A stretch of 64,000 nucleotides of DNA from the human T2T-CHM13v2.0 reference genome, Homo sapiens: assembly GCF_009914755.1 (NCBI RefSeq), contig NC_060937.1; one strand, 5' to 3'. Below, piece by piece: positions 26,187-40,275 of the stretch. The translations under genes were made by a program, and so were the position numbers. Numbering within the stretch: the stretch's first letter is position 1; every line of letters begins with the position of its first letter. The notes below the pieces were generated by a model that saw nothing but the letters and a program-made list of their open reading frames with translations, did no database searches and was not told the origin of the DNA.

Positions 26187-28211
26187 GATAAGACATCAGA
26201 GTCTCTGGTCTTTCCCAGTAAGAGAATGTTTTGGATAAATCTGGTCCTGCTGAAATTCTCTGATAAGCATCCTGTTATGAGTTTAGGAAGAAGTATAGTA
26301 GAAACTCAAAGTTCCCAAATTGTCAGACTCAGCACCTTCCCTTAGCAAAGTAAAAATGGAAAGGCTTAAAGAAGTGAGCTCATAGTCATTTTAAAAGCAA
26401 GGAAAAAGAAAATTTCTTGTGGTGGTACAATTTTTAGGGATTTATAGCCCAGGTTTTACTCTGGATAAGGTGAATCCAGAAGAGGGAGAGTGAGGTGACC
26501 CACAGATCTGCTTTGCCAACTTTCTTATATTTCTTCAGGTCCAACTACCCTATTGTGTTTCAACTCCAAGCCAACTCTTACCCAAATATGGGAACCTGAT
26601 AGGGAATATTCCATGGCGTACACTCTCCCATCCATCCTAGATAGGAAGTGTGCATTTATGCTCACCTATTTACCTAAACGCAAACCAGACCTTGATAGAT
26701 GCAGCCTAATTGAAAATGTTATTAAATAACACAGGAAACTCAGAGATTTGAGTTTTGGAATGATTGGGTTGACAATGAAAGTCCCACGACCCTGAGGCAT
26801 AGTCACACTCTAGAGCCTTATGTGTAATATCTCAGGGTGGAAAAACGCAGTTCCGAAAGAGGAAAAATATCTTGCAGCTTCACTCACTGATGTAAATTGA
26901 GTGATAAAAGCCTCCTTTAAAAAAACGTGGTAGAGCAGACTAAGCCTTGGTTCACAAGAGAAATACAAAGAATTCATCCTTTAAAACAGTACAAAAGGCA
27001 CCAAAAATATTCTTAGGGATGATTTTGCAAGCTAAACATTGTGTGAACTGAATCACATACATTGAGCACTATGTTAGATTTTCTGGTACACTTATGATTT
27101 TATGAAATTCTATTTTCTCTAACCAAGGCACTTCCATTACTGACTAGCTAAATGAAATTAATGTACACCTCATAAAGAGTAAGTCACCTCACGGAAAGAA
27201 TAACAATCCTCTAGCCAGGGAATGTGTCCCAATTTGAGATTTGGAAACTATGATCACCATGTTTATAGATTCCATGATAATGCTCTCCTTACAGCTAAAC
27301 GATGTGTCCAAAATAGCTTCCATCTTTTAAATGTAAGGAAATGCACATGGAAGTTCCCAGCATCTTTGTTTAAGTGTAAAGCTTATTTCTCAGTGCTTCC
27401 TCTCCCTTGAGTCAAACCCACTACCTCAGTAAGGATGAAAGTCAATTGAATTAAGGAAAGCAAACAACCTTCAAATGTCACAAAGTTAATTGATGCTTCT
27501 GGGGCCACTGGTTCATCTGTGGAACTAAATGAAGAAAGGAAAAGAAAAGAAAAAGGATAAATAATATAAGTACTGTGGAAGAACGAGAATGTTTTCCTAA
27601 ATGCTTTACTGCCATTTCCCCCATATTTCAGCCCCTTGTCTCTTAGAGGAGATCCTGAGAATTGAAGGAGTGCTGTCAGGGGCAGACTTACTATGAGGCC
27701 TGGAGATTTCAACTCCGGGTGGTCCCTGCTGGGACTGTGAAGTTATGTGGTACCTAAACCACACAGATGCCAAGGAATATTCCAATGCCAGAAATTGCTC
27801 CCCTACATCTGATTTTCCATGAGAAACTTGGCAGAATATTTTCCTGTTTTCCCCCTTAGATGGACGATTTGGGTAATATTGGAATTCAACACTTATGAAT
27901 CAACTTGTCCACCCCCATGGAACATTTTAAGTTATCATGTCTTAAATATCATTTCTAAACTTAGATATTTAAAATATTTATCTGGAAAGAAGATAGGAAA
28001 AAAGACAAAGGCGTAAAAAGTGACCTATATGAGTAATTTCTACAGTACATTCTATTTTGAGAAAACATATTTTACAGTCTCATTTCAAATAATATAGCAC
28101 TCGAGTGTAATAAACGCTCTGAGATATCCTGCAGTTAAAACAAACATTCTTAGATTAATTTTTAGTTTAACATTTCTCAAACTTTTAAACTGCAGAGCAC
28201 TGTTTATATCA

Positions 28212-28562
28212 TGCCTCTTGGTTCAGACTGTTACCACAAAGTAACATAATGTGGGTGGCTCAGAAACAGAAATTGATTTCTCCTGATTCTGGAGGCTGGA
28301 AGTCCAAGATCAGGGTGCCAGCATAGTTGGGTTCTGGTGAGGGTTTTCTTACAGGTTGCACACCATTGACTCACATGATGAAAAGAGAATGAGAGAACTC
28401 TCTGGGCTCCCTTTTATAGGGGCATTAATTCCCTTCATGAGGGCTCCACCCTCATAAACCAATCATTTCCCGAAGACCCCATCTCCAAATACCATTACAT
28501 TACAGATTCAATTTCAACATACAAATTTGAGGGGGGTGGACACAAACATTCAATCCATAGAA
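28212..28562 (-). mobile_element. MaLR solo LTR (MLT1A-like)
   Basis: TTCTGGAGGCTGGAAGTCCAAGATCAGGGTGCCAGCA...GACACAAACATTCAATCCATAG. Confidence 0.85.
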
Positions 28563-30219
28563 ATCCCCGTTAATATCATAAGAAACTCATGTTTATGGCC
28601 CACTAGTTGGAATGTCAGTCAGATTTATCTTTTTTTTTTTTTTAGAAAAAAAAACAGAACACAAAAGCGCTGAAAGAGGTCCCTTCTCTTGTTCTGTGCA
28701 TAACCTTGTACACAAGAATTCTTGACCAGACTCACCCGGTTCTGAAGCCTTTGGCTGTGTCAGTCAGTTAGGCCGTGCACATGGAATCTGGGGATTATTG
28801 GGGACAGCAGAGCAAAATATTTCTGCTCAGGAGAGAGGGAAGCAAAGCTTCTATTTCTAGCACTCAATACTTTGTACTCATGGGATGGTATTGCTGTTCG
28901 GATTCCAAATTCTAAATGACAACTTGTACTTGAAGGCACTGATTTCCTTTGCTGGGGAAGATTTACTATCTACCACATATGCTTCATCTTTATTGTGTAT
29001 TTGGCTATTGAATTATTCCTCATAACTGTTTTTCTTACCAAACTATTTCTTAAAGAGCTAAAGTTGTTAACACTTCAGCCCAAATCCTTTGCAGCAATAT
29101 GCAGAACATACAGGTGCTGCAACTCTCAGCAATAAAAGGAGAGTTGCTAATGTAGACATAATCATACATTGTAAAGGAGCTGATGGGTTATAAACTCAAT
29201 TCTGCAGGAAGTGGGACAGTGCTGGCCTTAAGGATTTCCTCACTGGGATTTCTAGAGTTGATGTTACTAACAGCAAACACATCCCTTTCTGTCCAACTGT
29301 ACCTAAGATTCTTCTCAGATCCCTGGTATTTGAGTTCCTCCCAGTATTACTTCTATGTCCACCCAGCAAATGCCAAGGAAAAGAAACCACAGAAAAGGGG
29401 AGGAGGAGAACAGTCTGTGCTGCAGCTGGTGAGGGAGCCGAGGAAAGGGGGCACAGTCACTGTAATATCAAGCACTGAGCTCTGCAGGAATTTGCATTCC
29501 TTGGGGTTGATCCAAAAAGGACGCCCTTTGGCTTCCTGGTAGCTGTCAGGGCCTCTGTGAGACGAGCAGGTTCCTACACTCACAGGTTTGGCATCATGGT
29601 GACTGAACAGGACACAAGGGCCTCGGGCTGGCTAGAGTGACAGAGCATGGAGAAGCCTCCCTCTCCAAAGCTTGGTTCTTTCTACCAGCAAACATGATTA
29701 GCACCAGACATTCAAGGTCCGTCCTATGGACTCGGCTCTGGCCACCCACTTGCCGTGACTCTCCATGAAAAAGAATTCCAAGGTACTAAGTCCAGGCCAC
29801 TCTCCTCTTCTATACCACACTCCAGGGACCCGAGATCATGGGTTCCCAATGCAAGGGCTCAAGCCATGGCCAGGTCCACAAGAGGCTCTGCCCTGGGTGT
29901 GTCCTCTGGAGGGCCCATCTTTAGAACTAAGGTGTAGCCAAGGAGCAGCTGTCTGCAGAACAGGAAGGGGGTGGGCTTGGACACAACTTCAATGTGCAGA
30001 CTAGGATATCACACACTCGTATGAATGAGGCTCCTTAAAATGAGCGACTCCGTGGAAGGAGGAAAGATAGCAGGAGTGGGTGCACATTTGTAGTCTTGCC
30101 CCCAAGCCCAGCAAATGACTGAGGTTGGCTTACTGACATCTGTCCTATTAAGCAGCATCAGGAGACATCTTCATACACTTAAAAAAAAATAGGCCTCTTG
30201 CTTTTCTGGGTACTGTAAA

Positions 30220-30420
30220 TAAAAGCTACTAGCCATTAATGTGTACTAGACTTTGTGCTGAGAAGTTTACACTTATTACCTCATTTAATCAACTATAATA
30301 TGTGAGGAATAGCATTATTCCCATTTTACAGACAAAAAAATGAAAGAGGAGAGAGATTAAGTAATTTGTTTAAGTCAACACAGGTGGTAGGTGGTGGCCT
30401 GCAGTTGATATCTCTAATCC
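30220..30420 (-). mobile_element. MIR
   Basis: CTCATTTAATC...CCCATTTTACAGAC...GATTAAGTAATTTG. Confidence 0.75.
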
Positions 30421-31818
30421 TGTGCAAGTGATGGGAAGTGGAGAATGCTGAATAAATGAAGGTGGGGCTTTGGTTCTCTGAGATGGAGAAATATCTGCAG
30501 ACGCCCAGGAAGGAAGCAAGAAAGAAGCAGAAACCCTCATAGAAAACAAAGTAGCTTATAAGGAAGAGGGGCAAGTCAGAGGCCAAAGACAATGTGTTGC
30601 CAAGAGCTCCAGGCCACGTGAGGGCTGCATAAAAATCCCAACCTTTGCTGTGCAGCACCTGAACCCCACCCAAATCTTAAAGCAAATCACTCAGTTAATT
30701 ACACAGCATACCTTATCATGAGCTAGACCAAAAACAAATTCAAAAGGAGGTTTACATTTCAGAAATAAGCGAACTGCTGGCTTTAAATGTTTTTAGTTCA
30801 AAGGAGTAGGGGTGTGTGTGTGTGTGTATGTTTGTGCATTAACTAAATATATTTAGAAAATCTATGAGAAGCCCTTGGAATGGGCTTCATTACACAGTTT
30901 CAAGAGCTGAAGTCTGTTTTTGCTTGTTGTCTTGTAGCCCTGGGGGATCTGTAGGGCTGAATTTCTGAATAAGAACTTGCAGCTATCAGAACCGCTAGGA
31001 TCAAGGCAGCTGAGCACAAAAGTTCTGGATGTGAATTTTTTTAATTAAAAAATGTTTTTCACTAAGGTCCCTTCAAAGTCAGCTTGCTGAGTTTTAGGTG
31101 AAATTAAAAGTAATAAAGAATAGCGACCAAATTAATTTAAATATCTCTTCTACCTCCTTTCATAATTGTGGGATAGGTTTATAAAATATGTGAATAAAGA
31201 ACACCTCATCACTTTTCAAAGACATGCCAAGTTTTAGGACAATAAATGAGTATAAATAAAATAGGTTGTATCAGTGTCGTATACGATAAAAACAGGAAAA
31301 AGTACACAGTACTCTCTCATTACTTTGCCCTTTCGCTCTTGATGTTGTATCCTGTCTGTTCTCCGTTAATGAGATCTCTACGCAAAAACTTCACTCTTCC
31401 TTGTCGGACTAGGCAGACTGACATTTCTCCTCCTGGTAGCTGCAAAAACCGAAGTAAAAATCCCTGCCACAAGAGAAACACAACTTTTTCAGAATAAGAA
31501 ATGATTACAGCAAGAATGAAGGAGTCTAATCAAAGCGTTCCAGCAGGCCTGTCAGTACCTGCCCACCGGCAATGAAGATTCCAGCTCCGTGTGTCTCTGG
31601 GGTTCTGTTCCATTCACTCAGGCACTTTACATAGGTTAGTACTGCAGAGGACTCACACAGTCCACTTAGGTTACTACCCCATTTCACAGACAGGAGATGA
31701 TTTATTGATTAATGTATTTTTACATCATTTAAACGTTTTCTCAATGTTCTTAAACTTGAACTTTTATTGCTACAATTATAATTTTTTTAATGTGTCAGTG
31801 ATTCAGAAGTCCTTTATT

Positions 31819-32172
<354 letters not shown>

Positions 32173-32479
32173 CTAACTTCATAATAAATAGTGAAGAGGT
32201 CTCCAACGTAAATAAAGAGTTTGTCTCTGCACGTGTTAGGATAGTGAATTTACAAGTGAAGATTTTTCACAAGAATCCAATGAATGACAAACATTGGAAA
32301 ATTTGATTTTATTGGATTGACCTGAATCCTTGATGTGTTTTTTTTTTAATGTCATATTAGGGCATTACAATCATTGATATTTTTGCATCATTTTTCAAAC
32401 AAAGAACAGTTGCTTTTATGGTGAACCAACTGAGTTTCTCCAGAACTTTTCAGTGCAAAACTGATGCTTTTGTTGCTAC

Positions 32480-32740
32480 AAGTGGCATGGTCTGATAGGT
32501 TAGGGCACAGGCTTTGAAACTGAACATCCTATGTGTATATCTGACCTCTGTCCCTTACCAGCTTTGTCACTTTAAGTTACTTTGGATATAATGTATCTTT
32601 GCCCCACTTACCTTTTTTGTCCAGGGGTACTATTAAGTGTCTGATCTTACAGAGTTGTTATGAGGGTAAAATGCATGTAAAGTGCTGAAATGAATGCCTG
32701 GGAAATAATAAATACTCAATAAGTATTAGCAATTATTAAA
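32480..32740 (+). mobile_element. MIR
   Basis: GGTTAGGGCACAGGCTTTGAAAC...AATGCATGTAAAGTGCT...ACTCAATAAGTATTAGC. Confidence 0.75.
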
Positions 32741-32902
32741 AATAAAGAAGAGTCCAAATTCAGAGAAGCCAACCTTGGAGTCGCATTTTTGGGCATACAC
32801 AGGTACAAAGGATTTTTTAAAATTTATTTTCAGCACAATAGTTTATTGAATTCAAAGTAATATGAAAGGAGGAATGAAACAATTATTTAAAGATATTTTC
32901 CT

Positions 32903-34182
32903 TTTTTGGTTGACAAAAATTATATATATATATTTATTATGTAAAGCATGTTTTGCTATATGTGCGCATTATGCAATGACAAAATCAAACTAATTTACTT
33001 ATGTTTTACCTCAAGTACTTAACTTTTTTGTAGTGAGAAAAAGAATTATTATCTTAGCAGTTTTTCAGTATACAGCACATTGTTATTAACTATAGTCACC
33101 ATGTCATACAATAGAACTCTTGAACTTATTCCATCTATGTACCTGAAATTTTGTATTCTTTGACCAACATCACCCTCAACCCCTGCCCCGCTAGGTGCTG
33201 GTATTTACCATTCTACTCTCTTCTTCTGTGAGGTTGACTCTTTTAGATTCCACATATAAGTGAGATCATACAGTATTTGTCTGGCTTATTTTATATAGCA
33301 TAATGTCCTCCATGCTCATCCATTCATTGCAAATTACAGGATTTACCCTGTTTTTAAGGCTGAATAGTATTTTATCAGATATATATCTGGTGATATATAT
33401 ATATATATATCATATATATATATCAGATATATATATATCAGATATATATATATATCAGATATATATATATATATATCACATCCTCTTAATCCAATCATCT
33501 GTTAATGAACACTTAGATTGATTCCAGATCTTGGCTATTGTAAATAGTGCTCGAGTGAATGTGGAAGTGCAGGTACTTCACCACACTGATTTCATTTCCT
33601 TTAAATATATACCCAAAATAGAATTGCTGGATCATAGTTCTATTTTTAATTTTTTGAGGAACTTCCATACTGTTTTGTGACTGTACTAATTGACATTCTC
33701 ACCAACAATGTACAAGGGTTCTCTTTTCTCCATATCCTCACCAACATTTTTTTATTTTTTGCTTTGATTATAGGCAGCCCAACAGGTATGAGATGACATC
33801 TCACTAATTGCACTTCCCTGATGATTAGTGATGTTGTATTTTTTCATAAAGCTGTTGGCCAATTGTATGTCTTATTTTGAGAAATATCTATTCGGGTCCT
33901 TTGCCCATTTTTTAATCAGGTAATTTGTTTTCTCGCTATTGAGTTGTGTTTCTTATATTATATTTTACATATTAATCCCTTACTAGATATATGGTTCATT
34001 TCTTTCCATTCCATAGGTTGTCTCTTCACTTTGTTGGTTATTTCCTTTGCTGTGCATAAGTTCTTTAGCTTAATGCAATCCCATTAGTTTATTTTTACTT
34101 TTGTTGTCAAGTGCTTTTGAGGTCATATTAAAAAAAAATCTTTGCCTAGACCAGTATCAAGAAGATTTCCTCTATGTTTTTA
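32903..34182 (-). mobile_element. L1MA 3' fragment (L1MA7/8-like)
   Basis: TTTTAGATTCCACATATAAGTGAGATCAT, TTGCTGGATCATA, CCCTGATGATTAGTGATGTTG. Confidence 0.9.
33374..33478. repeat. (TA)n array punctuated by TCAGA units, inside L1MA
   Basis: Repeated TCAGATATATATATA units, including palindromic CAGATATATATCTG. Confidence 0.95.
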
Positions 34183-34330
34183 AATGATAATAATCTTGGG
34201 CTCAGAGAAATAGCTTAGTAAGATATTGGCAAAGGCTTTTTATCAAGTGGAGCCATGGAGACTACAAATTATAAACAGCATACCAGCAGGAAGGCAATGA
34301 TGAATACACACACTGCTGGATGAAGTTGCA

Positions 34331-35092
34331 TGTTGTATATGAATTTGTCTGATCTTTGACCTAGGTTCCTGGGATGGAGCTTCTAAACACTTGGAATTTT
34401 CTGAGTAATAGGAGTACCTTTGCTATTCATAGTAGGCTCCTTATGAGGTTATGCTAACAAGGCAATTTATAATGGACCTTTAGATAGTTTCAGAATGGAG
34501 GCTAGCCCATGCTGGAAAGGCCAACTATGCCATGAGAGGGCTGGGGCTTTGAGCAGCCATGTGATATCAGACCTACCTCCTGGGAAGGGCTGGAGGGCTA
34601 GAGATTAAGTTCAGTCACCTGACTAATGATTCAGTCAATCATGCCCATGTATTGAAACCCCAGTAACATTTCGTTTTAAACACTGAAGTTCAGTTGAGTT
34701 TGCCAATTGGTGAACAGGTTTATATGCTTGGAGGGTTATGCAGCCTAATTCCGTGGGAAGAGAACAGAGAAACCCCACATTCAGGACTATCCCAGATCTT
34801 GTCCTCTACGCCTCTTCTTTTGGCTGGTCCTAATTTGTATTCTTTATAATAAATTGTAATTGTAAGTATGGCATTTTCCTGAGTTTTGTGAGTTTTTCTA
34901 GCCAATTTTCAAATTTGAGGGGGTTATGGAAACTCCCAAATTTGTAGCCAGTTGGTCAGAAGTGCAGGAGGCCTGAGGATTCCCAGACTTACAGCTAGCA
35001 TCCGACACAAGCACAGTCCTGTTGGGGATCTGTCCTGAACCCGTGCAGTCTGCACTAACACTGGGTAGTTAGCATCAGAAGTGAACTGCAGT
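34331..35092 (+). mobile_element. MER21C-like LTR
   Basis: AAACACTTGGAATTTTCTGAGTAATAGGAG, AATCATGCCCATGTATTGAAACCCC, AATAAATTGTAA, TTTGTAGCCAGTTGGTCAGAAGTG. Confidence 0.8.
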
Positions 35093-36158
35093 GTTGTGCT
35101 GTATGAGTCAGCTCTTGGCACTTGTGCACTGTGTGCACGGAATTGATGGACTGGAGGATGCTTTGACCTATTTGGCACTGAAACCATGTTTTTGAAAAAA
35201 GAACTTTTTAAAGTTAAGGATTATTTTATGGTGGTGTAGACTGAAAAACAATGTGTTGATTTCAGTACTGACAAAGCTTGAGCTAAGGGCTCTATAAGGA
35301 AGGGTCTCTGACACCATCATCCCGTGAGCACTCTACTCATGGGCAACAGTTAGCAGTCAACAAATGACTCCTCATCTTAATTCAGTGGTATGGTGAGAGG
35401 AACAATTGTGATGCAGACAAATTGAGCCGACAGAATACATTCATTTTCAGCATATTCTGCAAATAAATTGGCAATATATATCTGCTTTTACACTCTGAGG
35501 TTTTCTGACCATCAAGAAGATGCTCACCTCAGCTATTGAAGTTAAAGTTATTACAAAATCAGCTCACCCTGACACTTACAAGGCTGCCAAAAACCATTTC
35601 TACGATTCAATGAAACTTGCTCATGTGTCATAGCTCAACAATAGAACATGAACTCTAGATAGCCTAAAGCTGTCACTTCAGAGGTGAAATTTCAAGATGT
35701 TACTGCTGATGCTGTAATATCAGGATTTTATAAGAAAGTCAAAATATGATAGACTAATTCCTGAGAGTTTTCCTTTCTCCAAAAAGTCTGTGAAGTTCTT
35801 CACTCAACCAGAGAATTAGTAGACTTCATATTAGTCAGTTACATTTTAAAACCACCTCCACATGAGGCAATAAAAATGGGAAAAAATTATTTTCCAGAGT
35901 AGAATGTAATAAGAGAGTAGATTAGGAAACCATAAGCTTCTTTATCCCATGCTGAAACCCTCCTAATCCTGCTGGCTTTACACCTGACAGAGTGCCAGAA
36001 GTCATCTTCAGAGAGAAATCTCCCCAGAAATTCTGAGCTCTTGCCTTCCCCTGAAATCTACTCAACAGAGCCAGCAACCACTTGCATTCTTTTTTACTTA
36101 GAAGTTTCTAATTTAGCAAAAAAAAAAAATAATAATAATTTTGAAAAGAAACATAACA

Positions 36159-36533
<375 letters not shown>

Positions 36534-36799
36534 TTAACTGATATGGATTTATCATTTTAAAATCATTTCCATTAACAATAACAATGGCATTTCTTTGATG
36601 CTTTTGCAAAACTGACAGCCTGCTTGCTGGGTGGCAATTAACACAGCCCCAGATTTCAAAACTTTATAAATGGCCTAATAGGAGAAGGGACATGGGGAAT
36701 GAATGGCAATGTGAGGATCTAGGTGAATGCTTTTCCCAGCAAAGAAAGCATTTAACTGGTGAAAGGATAGAAAAAGAAAACAAACAAAAAAACCACTTT

Positions 36800-39340
36800 A
36801 CAACTCCAGATGTTTTCATAGGAGTATGCAGCAAATGGAAAAAGATTTAGTCGAGTTTTACTAAATCTTGATGCAAACGATTGAGTCTCTGGCATTTGAG
36901 TGATGGCTGTTCCCATCACCCCACCCCAACTCCAGCTCCATGAGGTGGAAGAACTACTCCAGGTGGGCACAGGCGAAAAGCTGGGGTCTCCTTCTCTCCC
37001 CAGCTTCTACTCTAGGACTATAATTTCACCCTGGAAGGGATAGGCCACTAACATCTCTCATTCTCTACAGTCTCACATTGTGGAAGCACTGTTTTGAGCA
37101 GGCATGGCCAATGGAAATGGGGATCCCTTCTCCCACCCAGCTCACATTCAGAGGGTGAGAGCTCTGGCCCGGGTGCAGCAAGCTGAAAGCACTGACTGTC
37201 TCTACTACAGCTTGCTCATAGGGAGGAGGTTCCACACCAGTGAAGCAGCCAAGAAAGTAAAAGGCAACCATCGACTCAGCCCTGCTTTAGAGTGGGTGCC
37301 ATTCTGGGAGAAGTGGGATTTTATCCCTAGCTCTGGTATAATGGCTCTGAGGCTCTCCCAGGGGAAGGAGCAGGTTGTAAGAATAGAGAACTCCACAGCT
37401 CTGCCTGAGGCAAACAACTTTGGAACAGAGCATGGAGCAGTTCATGCCTAAAGATATTGTCAAAAACAATGGCAGTAGTGGTGACAAGTAATGAAGAGGG
37501 GGCTGGTAGTTCCAAGATACTAGTAGCAAAGAGCAAAAGGGCAGAACAGCCAAAAAATAACAGAGAGAAAGAGTGAAGAAGTCAGCCAAGAAGAGCCCTT
37601 CCATGACCAATGTTATCCTTGGGCATCTAGAAGGCTGTGCGCATGCTCTACGCTGCACCCTCTCAGAAACAACTGAAGCAGGATGTGGGGCAGCCTCAGA
37701 AGGGTTCCCAAGCCATGCACCAATCTACCTGCAAAGATTCTTTTAGTCTTACTGGATCAAAGGGCTTAGCACAACTTCTGACCAAATACTGGCTAAAAAT
37801 AAGCTACTCTGACCCAGGGGTATGTCCTAGAAGCCTTGGCTTAAAAATGAAACCATTATCATCCCTGGGGGACTGGAAGTCTGTCCACATGTCCAACACC
37901 ATGTCCTGTAAGGAGGGACTGGAGAGAATATCTCCAAGCTTGTAGCCCCTGGATGAACATGGGCAAAATGGTAAACTCCCCAAAATGTGAGGGTAATCTG
38001 CAAGCCACACACGTAAGTAATTTGTGAAAACAGGATGAGAATATAACTGGATACGAGCTTAATCATAATCTTCCACCAATATCTGATTTATGCAGACCCA
38101 TATGGAACCCCCAGGAAGCCAGGACAAAAGGTCCTGGAGAAAATATCCGAGCAAGACATTGGAGGCTGCACAATGTGGGGTAAATTGACTCCACAGAATT
38201 ACTCCAGCCCCACCTGATAAATAAGTAACCACACTAAAAGAAAAAATACTAAGTTCTCAGAAATGGGAAGGGGAATAACATTCAAAATGGCTATAATAAT
38301 ATGTTATCTAAGATGCTCAATTTCTAATAAAAATTTTGAGACCTGTAAAGAAACAGAAAAGTATAACCTATTCATGAGAAAAAAAAAAGGCAGGTAAAAA
38401 TCACTGCCTTCAAAAGGAGCCAGTTTGGAATTAGCACACAAAGATTTCAAAGCAGCTATTATCAAAATGTTCTAATAAATAAAGGAAATCATGTTTAAAG
38501 AATCAAAGGAAGACATAACAATAATAATTCACCATATAGAGAATATTAATAGAGATAATATGATGCTTAATTGTATGTGTTACTTTCACTGGGCTGATAC
38601 CCAGACAGCTGGCAAAACACTATTTCTGGGTGTGGTCTTCTGGGAGAGGTTAGCATTTGAATCAGTAGAGCGAGTAAAGATCATGCTCACCATATGAGTG
38701 GGCAATATCCAATCCACTGAGGGCCTGAAAAGAACAAGGAGCTAGAGAAAGGATAAATTTGTTCTTTCTGCTAGATTTGGGAAATCCGTCTTCTCCTGCT
38801 TTCAGATGTCAGCTGGGCTCCCAGATCTTTGGACCAGGACTAAGACTTATACCACCAGCACCTACCCAGTTATCAGGCCTCAGGTTTGGACTGGAACTAC
38901 CCCACAAGCTTCCCAAGGTCTTCAGCTTGCACAGGGTAGATTGTGAGACTTCTCAGCCTCCATAATCATGTGTGCCAATCCCTCATAATAAATCTTTCTA
39001 TATACCTATACATACCCTATTGGTTCTATTTTTCTGAAGAATCTAGTCTAACGCAGGTAGTAATTACTATTTAAAAAAAGAACCACAGGAAAAATCTGCA
39101 GCTCAAAAATACAAAAAGCAAAATGAAAAATTCACTTGAGAGGCTGAACAGTATATGTGAGTTGGCAGAAGAAAGAATCAGCAAACTTGAAGAAAGATCA
39201 GTAGAAATTATGTACTTAGAAGAGAGGGAAAAAATTAAATAAAATAAACATCCTTACTGAAATGTAGGACATCATTCCATGCATAAACATAAATATAGTG
39301 GAAGTGCCCAAAGAGAAGAAAGAAACAAAAGGGATCAGGA
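36800..39340 (+). mobile_element. Old L1 (L1MD/L1MC-like) 5' UTR plus start of ORF1
   Basis: GC-richer 5' region, then ACAAAGATTTCAAAGCAGCTATTAT...GCAGAAGAAAGAATCAGCAAACTTGAAGA (ORF1 coiled-coil-like); split by an MLT2 LTR. Confidence 0.7.
38559..39055 (+). mobile_element. ERVL solo LTR (MLT2 family)
   Basis: TATGATGCTTAATTGTATGTGT...TAGCATTTGAATCAGTAGA...AATAAATC...CTATTGGTTCTATTTTTCTGAAGAA. Confidence 0.85.
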
Positions 39341-39944
39341 ATTAAGCAACTCACCAGTTAAGCAATCCTGGCTGTGTTCATAAACATGCCTGCCATCAGG
39401 AGTTAAGCGGCAGATTTGGCCCTTGCACCACTCATAGCCTCATTCCCTCTGGGCCCACTCTCTCACTGTAATGAACCATTTCCAATTCTCCATCAGAACT
39501 GACTATTCCTTTGCTGATGCTTTCCCTGTTTCCTGGAGTACCCTCTTTTACCACTCTGCTGAGATATCTATCCATATTTTATTACTAAGAAAGAATTTGA
39601 TGAATATCCATTTCTTCTGATTGAGAAAGAATTTGCACATAATACCTGCTATATATGTTACCAATAGTAAGTTAACCAAAATCTGTACCAAATCTTTACA
39701 AGTCTAACAATTTTCCCCCAAAAAAACATGACAACAACAACAAGAAAAATACTACAGCAATGAATATGTATGTACTTAACTGCCCCAAAGTTGGGTCCTA
39801 AAGAGCTGAACTTTACAAAGACTGAGGCAATTTGTTAAGTATCGTGGCTAAGCATTCAGTCTTGGGTTTTGGTAAACAATTTTTTTTCTTGTTCTGTCTA
39901 AAATCCTATTCTAAGATTCTAGAGGAGTCTATTTCTTTACTGGC

Positions 39945-39947
39945 TGT

Positions 39948-39991
<44 letters not shown>
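39945..39991. repeat. (TG)n microsatellite
   Basis: Read directly from the sequence. Confidence 0.97.
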
Positions 39992-39993
<2 letters not shown>

Positions 39994-40079
39994 ATGATTG
40001 TAATAAAGACTGAAAAGTGCTCAATTCAGTTGCTGCTTTTTCTTTAACAGAAACAAAGCTCAAGTGACAGCTCCTTTAG

Positions 40080-40275
40080 ATAGCATTCCCACACTTTCTA
40101 AATAAAATGACCACTTCCTACTATGTTCCTCCCAGGACCGTGCACACACTTCTGTAATTATAGCTCTATTTATTAATATGTCTGTCTCCCTTTAGACTGC
40201 TTCTTAAGGGCAAAGACCTTTTGCTTGTAGTGTAGCCTCTCACATACAGCACAGCTTTTCTCACTTACAAATAAA
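40080..40275 (+). mobile_element. L2 3' end
   Basis: TGTCTGTCTCCCTTTAGACTGCTTCTTAAGGGCAAAGACC. Confidence 0.6.

Noticed and set aside
29183-29542. 119 aa ORF in unique sequence
   Set aside because: No recognisable domain or promoter/splice context; ORFs of this length occur by chance in 64 kb.
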